Origin: Klebsormidium nitens | Taxonomy: Eukaryota > Plantae > Klebsormidiophyceae | Assembly: GCA_000708835.1 (NCBI GenBank) | Contig: DF237243.1 | Span: 33,691-97,690, forward strand | DNA length: 64,000 bases | Direction of reading: 5' to 3' | Shown here: positions 13,901 through 25,600 of the stretch, piece by piece | Layout of the letters: every line of letters begins with the position of its first letter | Numbering within the stretch: the stretch's first letter is position 1 | Notes under the pieces: generated by a model | Told to the model about the DNA's origin: nothing | What the model saw: the letters and a program-made list of their open reading frames with translations, nothing else | Databases searched by the model: none | Position numbers and translations under genes: made by a program

Positions 13901-15774
13901 AACTCGCTCATGGTGGACGGGTGCTTTGGGCGATGTTTCTCCGAGTGTCTGAACTACTCGGCACCGGTGTCCTATCACGTGGCCAACATTTCGCCGCTGC
14001 AGGACGCTACCGTGTAAGCTACCCCTTTTTCTTTCGGGAGCAAAAGCGTTCAATTCTGGGTTTATGCTGAGAAAGAACTGGTCAGGGCTCTTCTCAGAGC
14101 CTGAAAGAGCTTAGAAAGGCTCTCCGACTACGTCGCCAGCAGCCAGAGCTGCAGGAGGTAACCTTGTGCGCTCTCCAGAGGCTTTTCTGGGCTGAAAGCT
14201 GCTAATAGAGGGTCAAGTTCTGAATGCTGATTGGAAAGTGGAAAATCGAACGGTTCCCTGAACGTTTCCACGACATGCCGGAGGCGCTATCGTACGATCT
14301 TGCCAGTAGGGCTGCCGCTGCGGGGCGCGACCACATGCCGAGCAAGACTCTCCGTTAAAATGCAAAAGCGCTCTAGGGATTGAAATTTGCCGAGATCGTC
14401 TGAAACCACGACTCATCTGGCAATCGAAGGAAGGTTCTATTTGCGGGCAGGAGCTTCTCAAGATGAACGGTACCTTGAGCGGGAAACGCAAAGACATTTC
14501 AAAACCTTCTCATGCTAACGTCATATTTATGATCATGCTGACGTAGCAGTTCTACGTGCAGGCAGGAGCTGCTGGAAACGAGCGGCACAGTGTACCAGCT
14601 GCGCAAGGAGGCCAAGATCCTGGAGCCAATGAAAGGCTTCCTCAAAAGTTCCGTGCTGACGTCATCTTTCATATTCCTGCTGACGTGGCAATGTTACGTG
14701 CAGGCAGGAGCTGCTGGAGACGGTCGGCACGGTATACCGGCTGCGCAAGGAGACCAAGATCTTGGAGACGCTGGACAAGCTGCGGTGCAAGGCGTGCGAG
14801 GTCGTCATCGCCAGCAAGTCTGACCTCATGGTGATGTCAGCAGACGGACCCATCGGGGCATACGTGAACCCGCACGGGTGAGAGCCCTCCGTCTGGCCGG
14901 CTCCTATTTTCAAGGCGTTTCCGACGTATTTGATTATACGGTCGCCACAGTTTGTCCATTGGAAGCGGCACATCGACACCCTTGATTTTGCGTGGAGTCA
15001 ACCAAAGGCTTTGTGATACCCCCGTAATCCGTTGGCATAAGTCCGTTTTGCTTGTTGCAACGGTCAAGATACGTCTTTGCTTGATCCAGCTTGTGCTCAA
15101 CACCATCTTGTTCCTCCACTTTCTGGGAAGGCCTCACTTGTTGCCGGACAGTCTGCTATGAAACAGAATTGCAATACTTGTGCGACGTACTCAATCGATC
15201 AACCGGTAGTCTGGAGTCTGTCACGACTGACTTATCACGAACTCGGTGGGTGCCTGGGTGGTACGATAAGTACTGATTTCACAAAATTTATTGACCGAGT
15301 ATGAGCGAGTATTCGGTCATGTTGGAAGTTCTGATTGCCCTACTCCGTCATTTCCTTCGTACACTTGTCGCCCTGCAGACTACTTCACAGGACGCTGACC
15401 CTGGGCTGCGTCCAAGTTGTGCCCAGATAGTAGGTGCCAGAATTCGAATTTGTAACGAGTCATTCTGGTCAGATTGGAAAGTCGTCATCTCTTTTGTGAA
15501 CTTGTTTTGCAGACACATCCATGAGACGCTGACGCTGCGCCGCGTGCAAGGCCTCGCGCTCGACGGCTTCCAAGAAACCGAAAACAGCTGGTTCCCCGGC
15601 TATGCGTGGACTATTGCGCACTGCCAAAATTGCGGCTATCACATGGGCTGGAAGTTCACGGCAGTGCGCCCGGGGATGACCCCCGACTGCTTCTGGGGGG
15701 TGACCAGAGCGCACCTGGCCGAGTCGACGGCGTCGGAGCACCAGAGTGACCCCATTCAGATGTTCACGTGGTAG
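7992..15774 (+). CDS. CRBN: Cereblon homologue (acidic N-terminus, LON-N domain, CULT/Yippee-type Zn domain); 5' start uncertain
   Basis: Spliced exons give DITFDTTLPAMHTYLG (9123-9175), LPLFYLDG/VVLFPGDSLPLRV, VGTTAE/IRQ, VAKGRQRF, LSAWPYWVYR/MHDAY, LSYYVASNLPLQDATR/QELLE, LRCKACEVVIA...AYVNPHG (14704-14877) and HIHETLTL...SWFPGYAWTIAHCQNCGYHMGWKF...FWG (15513-15774). These are hallmark cereblon motifs. Confidence 0.93.
13450..14350 (+). repeat. Up to six progressively decayed copies of the 3' half of a cereblon exon (EPEALSYYVASNLPLQDATR) in the following intron
   Basis: True exon end ~13450-13526. Near-identical copy with a GTAAG donor at ~13615-13690. Weaker copies at ~13775, ~13985, ~14125 and ~14275 (gagccggaggcgct... 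or gccagca...ctgca...). Confidence 0.7.
14545..14770 (+). repeat. Tandem duplication of the acceptor plus first ~70 nt of a cereblon exon
   Basis: tacgtgcag|gcaggagctgctgga...ctgcgcaaggag(g/a)ccaagatc(c/t)tggag occurs at 14553 and 14695. The two AG acceptors are 142 nt apart. Confidence 0.85.
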
Positions 15775-17139
15775 AGCGAGTCATGGTGTCTGTCGTACAT
15801 TGGCTTCTATGATGTAGGCTTGTTGTGTACTTTCTGATGGTTACTGACGTCTAACATCGACGAGGGAAGGTTGATAGCATGCTGTGCGCATGAGTCCTTG
15901 CAAAGAAGAGGGGTACCTTGGATACTCTGCAACAAACGTGCAAGCTACAATGTATCAAAGCAGAGTCTGGCTTAATTCTGTTTCAAAGCACCTTCTGAGG
16001 TTCAGTTTTGGAGAGTCTTCCAAGTTCTTCATGATCTGTTGGCTTCAGAACTGTTCTGGTCAATTTGGAATCCATCCATCCATCCATTATCCATCGTTCA
16101 TGGTATCGCAACCTTTCGCGGATAGCCTGCCTGTGGTCCAAGGATTTCAGTTTCTTGTGCCGTTCCCACATCGCAGAAAGTCTGTTTCAAGATAATCCAG
16201 AAGCAATGCAAAATGCAGTTTAGGCACCTTTGACTCTTTGGTGCGTTCAAGCTTCCGACCAAACCCTCTGTAAGTTCTCAGGCGCCAGGCCGGACGGGTA
16301 CGTACTACGCAGTACCGTAAGATCTCGCGTGGGAAGTTAATGCCAAGCAATCTGCCGACATTTGTCGACATATGTCCAGTCAAACTCGCGACGAGCGAGC
16401 TCAGTCGACCGTGGACCGTCGGATCCAATTCCCTCGATTTATTGGGTCCGTCGATCTTACTTCCGTCGTCATTGTGTCTGGCAACTTGCACAAAACCTAG
16501 ATTAAACCCGCACCTACCTACTGTACTTACATCTAGAGGTAGGTACGGTATGTTATTGTGGGCCATTTTGTCGGTTGACAACTTGAACTTGCCTGCACAG
16601 TGCGGGCTATCTAAGCTAAGTACTACTTGTCTGAACTGTTTTGAGCAAGGCGACGAAGCAGACTTCCAAAGTCAACGTGAGAGGAAAGCAATGTTGATAG
16701 TTGCAGTCTAGGTACCTACATTGGCGGGCACCTTCGTTCACCTTGTAGAATGATAACCCAGGACTCAGCTGCCTGCAAACCGTCCTGTGGAGTTCCCAAG
16801 GCGCAAAGGCATTGAGCATTACCCATTTGGCTGAGAGTCTGGTCACTGATGGGTCATGCACATTGAGCTTCAATATCACAGACTGCTTAAGCCAGGTGGT
16901 TGCGATCTCGGCAGGGCAGCATTACTGTCAGTAAAGCAGTAAAGGGGAGGACTTGTAAGATATGCGTATGCAGGGGCTCAGATCAGGGCGGCTTTGACTT
17001 GCTTTTTGTGGAACTTAAAGATCGACTGTACCTTATACGTACACAGTCGTGATTCCTCTACTAGTAAACATTGTTTGCAGAGCCCTCATATCGGCTGCAA
17101 ACATTAGCAATCAACTCTTGCTATAATAGAAAGGTTCAA

Positions 17140-20100
17140 ATGGAGCCCGAGTACGAGACTCGGGCTGATGACGTGAGCGCCAACGCCGCCAACCACCAGC
17201 CCAGTCACCGCGCAATTAAGGGATGCAATCGCCGGCACCCATCCCTGCTCCGCTTCGGACGTCCGGCGCTCGGGGACGAGCGCCCGGAGCTGACGACGGT
17301 CCAGGAGGTGTTCTCGCGCGCGTACAAGATGCTGATGAAGCACAAGAGTCTGGAGAAGCAGCTGCTTGACATCCCGTTTAATCTGTGCCTCCTGCTGAAG
17401 GAAAAGCGGCCTGCGTTTCTGATCCAGGTGGGCAGCTTTGAAAGAACTTGTCTTGTCTGTGTTATCTGGGATGGGCTGATGAGAAATAAGAGTATCCTAG
17501 AAACCACAGTAAGCCATTGGATTTGCAGTTGTTGAATGCAGTCCAAGTTGTCGGCTTTGGAGGAAGATTTGTGTGTGCTGGCTTTGTGTAGTGTTGGAAG
17601 GTCGACGGAATGGCAGTGTGATGATCTGAGCTGGATAGAAGGATGTGCCTCATTCAGGTGGGCACTTCTTGGAAATGTCAGCTTTTTGTGAGCATTGGAG
17701 TGTGAGATCTTGGCCAGACCTGTTGTGCTGTAAAGCTTAGAGACTCGAATCAGGAGTACCACTTCACATGTATCAGAGCTGTTGACTGAGCCTTGTGGTT
17801 CTTTCGTCAGATGCCAATCTGGTGCCTAAGAGGTTTTTACTAATCAGATCCGTTTAGTTCCGGTTTGTGCATTTTGAAGCACTAAATGGTACAACATAGT
17901 CATTAGCAACGCCTCTGCCGGCTGAGGATGAGCTCTTGTGACCTGATGCGTAGTTGTATCAGATTGGATATCATAACCTGTGCAATGAGGTGGAGTTAGC
18001 TGCTCAATCTGTCTATCAGATCGAGTCCGAGCATTGCTATACTACCAGCTTGTGTTGATGCCTTGGGTTGAGACATGCAAAATCCTGAAAAGTCAACCAT
18101 TCGCTTGAGATCCATAGAACTACTTTCACATTGTGCACTGCCCAAGTTCAAAGAGCTTCCCACAGTACAGCAACCGTGTTGTAGCACCAATGACCGCTGT
18201 AACGTTGATTAGACACCGTATGCGTCCAATGTGCAGCTTTCTTTCTAGGGTTCTTGGCTTTTAGGAAGCTTTTCAGCCATGCTGGCTTAGCTCGTTACCT
18301 TCAAGGCTGCCAGGATATCAAGAAGTAGACTGTCACCTGGAGAATCAACACATTTCTGGGTTCCACGATTTGTTCGATACAGCAATCTAACAGGCTGCTG
18401 AAAGGAGATACACAAACGTAGGTACAAGAATAAGGAAAACCCATTGGGACTTGTGTACTACTATGTTCGGTTTAGGGTTGCGCTGCTTCTCCAACTGATG
18501 CAGCTGTGACGGGCCTGAGGAAGAAGGACAGATAGGCACCAGGTAGGAATAGCGTGTTGCTCACCGGACGCGTTAGACCTTGTACCAGCAACCCGTAATC
18601 TCTGACAGTACATCAAGCGAATCTCAGTTGGTCGTCTTAAATCAACCTAGCCTTCGTGTCCCGCAGGCGGACAACCGCACAGCCCATCTCCGTGCCAGCA
18701 TTGACGCGTGCCTCGCCGAGCTCAGCAGCATCTTTGCGACCATTCACACCTACCAGGGGCAGCTCGTGTGCCTCCAATCGGTGAGCAATCCGTGGTCGTT
18801 CCAAAAATCACTAATGCAGGAAAGGACACCAATGCAGGGACGATTGGACCCAAATGTTGCCCTGCTTCGACATCAGTGGGCGACTCGTAGAATCGTCTCT
18901 AAGACAAACGGACTCCTATTTACCAAAGTCGGGGTTTCAAACCGTAGTATTCTGGCACTTGGAGGGGCGTTAAGCTATCAATACGAAAGATTATACGTTT
19001 CCAGCCAACTATCACTTCCAGTACAGAGACGGCGGTCTCTGCAGACAACCGCCTGAAAAAGTCCGTGTTTCTACGAGTCATTTCGTTGTTCCCTACCGAT
19101 AGCTGAGAAACCTAGCCGGCCACGCTGGACGACAATAGACAACACAAACGGCCTTGAAGAGTTTCATTTAGCCAATACGCCCTCTTCTCTTTGGTCTCCC
19201 AGAGCCAGAGGAGTCCATCTTCTCACGCTGATTTTGGCTGTCCCCACGCAGAGAGCGGAAGAGATCCGGCAGACCATGCTGGCGGACGGCAGCTGCTCCT
19301 GCTTCGGGCGGATCCTGGGGTATCCGTTTGCCGGGGAGCTCGACGAGATCCACTGCTGCGAAGGGCGGTTCCGAGTTAACCTCAAAAGTAAGTTGGCTGT
19401 CTTTCTTTGCTTTTCAGTTTTTGCTTTGTTTTGAACCCTACTCGCTCGTTCTGAGACACGCTTATTTCCAAGTGCGGTCTTTTCACCGACTGCTCAATGG
19501 GGCCCTGCAATCGAGGGAGTTTCTGAGCTTGCTGTCATGGTTTCTCCGTTTGTTTTGCTCATTAATCCGGTTCATGCCAAAGATTGGTTTTGCTTCGAGA
19601 CTCACCGCGTTTTTAACAGTCTGGCCGAGACAATTTCTAAAGGCGGGAACTTCGCAGCCCACTTTGCGCTTTCGCATATACGCTTTGCATTCGTCGCTCA
19701 GAAATGCTTCCTTTAACGTGTTATGCATTAGATTTCAAGCGACCTGATGGTTACGTCGCTCAAAGGAAGCTTTTCCAGACGAGCCAAACACGTGCCGGGA
19801 TTAGAAGTCAGTCCAACTAAATCAATATGCTCGTAAAGCCTCTGCCCTAGTTTCGGTACGACTTCGACGCAGTTCGCACAGGCCGCTTACTTTTAGAGTT
19901 CAATCCAACAGGTGCTGTGGCCGTCAAGAAGATGCCATATTAAGAATTGGAATATCAGAAGTCCGGTCGTTTTATATTCTTTCGATCAATGTCTTGCCGA
20001 GAATCATGAATTCCACAAGCTCGGTCGTGTGACTACCCGTTCAATATCACGGGCCAATGCCAAACCATGAAGAAAGATTGTCAATGTTCGGTCGTGCTGT

Positions 20101-21500
20101 CAAGCCCTTTGAACCGCAAGCACCCTCGGAGGAGCGGCTCTTCTCGCTTTCCGTTAGGCCGCCTATACTAGGCACAGTCTTCCACTTCGAATCTTAAGTT
20201 CACATGCTTCTGCTGAGGCCTGAGAGACACGTACGGAGAGCTTCACAACATTTATTTCTTTCAAAGTCGTTTTGTGGTCCCAAAAACAGGGGCTTTGTAG
20301 GACGACAAAGCAAAAAAGTTAAGAGTATTATGAGCCTAGAAGTTTTGACGAGCGTCGTTAACTCAGGACGCGAAGTATGAGAAGCCCGGTTGTACGTCTT
20401 CTAACCCCTTCGACTCTCCCGCAGTTTCCACGAGTGACATGGAACTAGAGACGGGACAGGCCGCGAGCTTCCTGGCAATGGTTGGCTGTCACAACCACTG
20501 CGTCTCTGACGTCATGCGGATGTCACTCGACTTCCAGGCCGTCGCCTCGGAGATCTCCCCCACGCTGCGGGTCTCTTTTCTGGTGAGTCTGCGGTCGTCC
20601 CCTACGTTTGTTCCGTGTTCCGTTTTGTCTCCCTTCACGGGTCGGGATAACTGGTCTTTCTTAATAGAACCAAAAGCATGGGAGCTGCAAAAGAAACAAT
20701 TGTTTGCCTAAAATCCAGTCCGCGCCGTTCTTCTTGAGTTGCTAAACAGAATAGTGCTTTGCGACTAGGTAGCACAATCCGCTCGCTTAGAAAAAGAGGA
20801 TTTGCTTCTTCTCCACGATGGTCAGCACTCAAGTCCGAACCCGCAAGTAGAGAACCGCCATGATTCGAAGTTGCATGATTCGAAGTAAAAGGATAGCGAC
20901 TTTCGCTCTTTACGTGACAGGCTGGCCGATGCTGATGTTGAACAGTCTACACGTCAGACCACCGTACAGCCGTTGAAAGGAAAGCTGGGCGGAGGACTCT
21001 AGGATCGAAAGGTCTTCACGAAGCTAGATTCTGGATTTGTCACAGCCTGAAACTGCTAAGGTCCCCCCATTCCTCTTACAAATGGCATTGAAGTCCGAGT
21101 CTCCTGCACGAAACTGTCTAAATGGGACGCACTCGGTCTGCAGGTGGACTTGTACAATGACGATCCCAGGCAGCGGAGTGACGTCACTTCAGGTGGCACC
21201 GGACCGCACCGGAGCCATCACGCAGAGTGCAGCTTCGGCCACGTGGCGCCCTGCCATTGGCCCAGCCAAGCGGGCGCGGCATTCTCTCGGAGACAGCCCT
21301 TTCAGGCGGGAGCAAACGAAGAAAACGCGGGCTCGCGGGTGCCTAGAAAGAAGTCACCCAAGCGCATCGCTTCTGAGAAGAGATATCAGTGCTCGAAGTT
21401 CGCCAAATCTGAGCCGAGAGGGATCGAGAAAGTTTGCAAACGGCACGAGCAGCCGTGCACGGTGACCCCGCGAGAGCGAGAAGGGTGGAGAATGAAATAA
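17140..21500 (+). CDS. Hypothetical protein, 5 exons, unknown function
   Basis: Exons 17140-17427, 18667-18780, 19252-19387, 20425-20582 and 21144-21500 all have canonical GT-AG ends and join in one continuous frame (phases 0,0,1,0) to a TAA at 21500. Confidence 0.8.
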
Positions 21501-22627
21501 GGCCAAAGACGTTTGCGTTCAATTCTTTGTGGGCAATCAGTGCCCAAAACATTACTGCTTGAACTCAATCATACGGATGGCCGGTACGTTACCGTCTTGA
21601 GGAAATCATACTGTATGTGTAGTAGATGCAGTGCCGGCACAGGGGTGCAGGAAACTTGAATTTGAACGGTTGCCAGGTTCAGGGACGCCAGAGGATAACC
21701 GCCCACTCACTCGACTTGACTAAAGTCCGGCTACGTCAGGATCCTCATGACTTTTCGAAGTAGTGCATTTTCCGCCCTCTGCTGCATGGCACCTCCTAAG
21801 TTTAGATCTCACTGCCAAAAGTATCGTTTACAAGCCCCCAGCTTATCGAAACTGAGTCTGACCGGATCTGTGCTACAACGGCCGCGGCCCGACGCCATAC
21901 TCATGCCAGCAATCGCGAGTGATCACTTTTCAAGCTGCATGCATAGTCAACCTTAGCTAGCAAGGTCATGTTATATGATCAGATTATCATGCATGGCGAC
22001 GCTCAATTTTGATGTGGCATGGATGGCCGGGCAGTGACTGCGCATGCTCGACTCAGGAGATCCCATGCATCAACAGGTTCAATATGATCGATCAAATCCA
22101 CGCGATTCACACATCAACTTGTTATACTGGATCATGCAGTCACTGCCGCATTTGAATCCGTTTTCGATTGCGGACTCTGGCCGCTGGCTTCTGCCGCCGT
22201 GCCATATATGGCCGAGCCGCGGCACGATTATATAGGCCAATCTTTACCACTGTGCATCATCCAAGCTTGAGCTTCATGTAGGGCCCGGCGGCTTGCTAGC
22301 ATGGGACTAACTCACGAATTCGTCTTGGTTCATCGTGGCAAACACAGATCAATCAGAAATATTAATAAGCCCCATCTAGGAAAGGCAGTGCATCATAAGC
22401 CCTGATTGCGTGGCTTGGCCAGAGCCGCAGATCTACTTGTCGCGCCTTTCTTATGGCCCGTGATTTGCATCACAGAGCCTTCAATTCACCTATAAGAATA
22501 AGCCCCCTATAACAGCGAACTCGTCATGTACCCCGTTTCGGAGAAGCGATCGACCAAAGTTGTATGTAAGCTTATCACACGCGTACTAGCGCCTTGTATG
22601 AACATACTCAGCAAAGCCAACACGCTG

Positions 22628-25600
22628 TCAATGTTTGTCGCCGCAAAAGACCGTTGCGAGCGCCTGACGTATTTGGCACTCTACGACGGGTCCGTACTGC
22701 ATGACGTCGTTTGAGGCCTCGCCCACCGCCCCAGGGCCTCGGGCCACAACCTCCCCGTCAACGCAGAGGAGCCCGCCCTTCCCGTCCGACTTTCTGCCGC
22801 CCGGTTCGAACCGGAAGGCTTTCACCTGGACGGCGAAGAGAAAACTTGATCAACGTGAGCCAGCTTGCACCATTTAGGTAAGGATGACACCAAGGTGGTT
22901 TGCTCACGAGACAACGGGATGAAGAGATTTCGCCTTGAAGTCAGGATACCTTGAGACCCGTGTCGATAGGCGGCATATAGCGACAAGCAGCTTGCAGCAC
23001 TGAAAGAGAACCGACGATCCTTCCCTCCCTCTTCGGCAAAAGCATTCGTTGGTTTTCTCCTTGCAACCTACTACAGGCGCCGCCGTCATGCTCTGCATCA
23101 AGCCGACTCAAAGAGATTTTCCACACTTGCGTAAGCCAGTATTTGAGAAGTTTTGGCAGAGACTGCTCACCTTGAGGTACTTAAAGACTCCCGGCCCCAG
23201 CTTGAGCCCCTTGTCGACGTGCTTGCCGCTCTCGATGGCCAGGAAGAGGTCGAGAAGCTTGAGCCGTCCGATCTCGTTCACGATCACCACGTCCAAGAAG
23301 CCGTCCGAAAGCTGCAGGGATCAAGGGTTTAGCGGTGTAGGGGTTTAGCAGGTGATGGTTCGGCAGAAGAGAGCATCTGCCCAAGATGGTCCAACGTTCG
23401 ATGAAACGATCTGGTCAGCATGTCAACCCACACTCTATCGCCGGCGTAATCTCATCAAACAAGCCCCCACAGCGACCCCACCGTTATAACGGGCACTGTC
23501 TGACTCAATATAGCTGCATCTCGAACATCTCTCCGCCAAAGCACTTTGCAGATTCGCATCGAGGGAGGCTACAAGTCCACTTCAGCCGGTGGATATCAAA
23601 ACACCGGAATTTGGGCGTCAATCGACACTGCCGGAGCTTCCAACGGTGCGGTGGACCTGTCGTCGAGCAAAGGGGCAGTCTCGTTCCTGGCACCCTACCA
23701 ACCGACTCTGACCTTTGCTCTCGACGTACATTGCATGTTGGTTAACGTGGATGTTGAGCACTTCAGAGGGCCGATCGGCCATCTTGATCGTTTCTTCTCC
23801 GAATCTCGCATACTTGGCAAACCTTGAAAACTTATCTCTCACCTCGGCTTTTGGCGCAATCTGCATATCGGTCGCCGCCCACTTTGTATTGTTCGCCCAG
23901 ATCAGTGTGAACGGTCCCTCCTCCCGCCGCCACGCGCCCACGTCCGCTCCGCTCTCCCCGTGGTCAAAAGTGCTGGCGCCGCCCAACAGTGACTCTTTCA
24001 TGTCTGCGGGTGTAACGAAACGGGATTAGCGGCGAGGTCTGGGCTAACCGGGTCTGCATTTGAAGCTCAAATGCGGCTGTAGCAACTGACGTAGCGCCAG
24101 CAGCGAGTTGTTCATATCTGCGGGGTCGTACCAGAACGGGGTTAGTGGCGAGGTGTGCGCTAAACGGGCCTGCCTTTCAGAATTCTGATCACCGCGGATC
24201 ACTGCGGATGTAGGAACCGGGTTAGCGCCAGCAGCGACTCTTTCATATCTGCGGGGTTACGAAAAGGGGCTAGCGGCGGAGTCTTGGCTAACCGGACCGG
24301 CGGCAAAGTATAACCGCGGATGCAGGCCAGTAGCAACTCCTTCATGTTTGCGGACGAACAGAATGGGGTTAGCAACGGGTTCTGGGCTAAACGGGCCTGT
24401 ATTCTCAGCATCAAACGCAAATGAAGGAGCCGGGGTAAGCGTCAAAAGCGACGCGCTCGTATAGGCAGACGTACAAAACGCGATTCGCCGCCGATGTTGA
24501 GATGTTCGGGCTTACCCCTTGAGCATGACCACGGGTGTACAAAATGCGTTAGCTACTGGATGTAAGCAGTTCGGACCACGATTTACACCAATTGCTGTCA
24601 GGATTCTTTTACACAGGAATGGTGGCTGAAGCGGACGTAAGAGGACCATGTCTAAAGTCTGTTCCGCTTGCCACAGCTTTGGACAAAAGCTTTGGAGGAA
24701 GCGTTGCTTGGAGTCGCCAAGGGAATTGCTTTCGACATTCGGCATCTTTGTGGGACCGAGGAACAGCTCCCTGATTAGGTCTTCAAAGGGATTGAAAACG
24801 TGGATCCACACATTGTAAACGCGGATGCACACTTCGTAAACGTGGATCCACGCTACGAAACGCTGACGAATATGAAGGAGGGATGTGCGCTCTTCTGAAA
24901 CTACATCAAATTTGCGAGCGGGATTGAAGTTGTTCGCGCTTATCCCGCTTTCCGGCCCACATAGTGTCATTCGAAAGAGTTGACTCGCCGGGACCAATAT
25001 TCTATTATCTTCTTTATCATGGACCGAATGACGCTAATGTTGTATGAATGTGGTGGTGAGCAGCACGTCACAGGTCAACCTTTAACGGAAGCCAATGGAC
25101 GTAACAAGCAACGCATCGAGCTGCGGGTGTCTCCTATTTCAGACCCAGATACTGAGCAAGAGAGCAGAAAGCAGGAAGAAGCAAAAGGAGAGAACAGAAC
25201 GGGTGCTCACTTCGGCCAGAAGGAGAGGGGAGCGACATGTCGTCGGCTGGCAAGTAGTGGAACGTGCCGTGGTATTGCCGCAAGCCGATGATGCGTTTGA
25301 CGGTCTGCAAAGATAGAAGTGAGTGAGTTCCAGGAAAGATTACAAGTTTGTCGACAAAGATGTCTCCGAAAGGGGCAGAGGCCAAATCCGCTCAGAAGCT
25401 TCGTTGCCGAGACGGGCTCCATGATCCAGGACGTTGGGCGAGAGCCTTGCTCGGGTGATTATTTAAACCTTCGGGCCTTCGAAGTTCCAGGCCGCAGGCC
25501 GTAAGGTCGTTAGGCCGTCAGGAAAAGCGCATCAAAACTAGGAAATAAGAGAGATAAGAGGCAAGGAGACAAGAAGATGAGAGAATGTCTGCCCGCAAGA

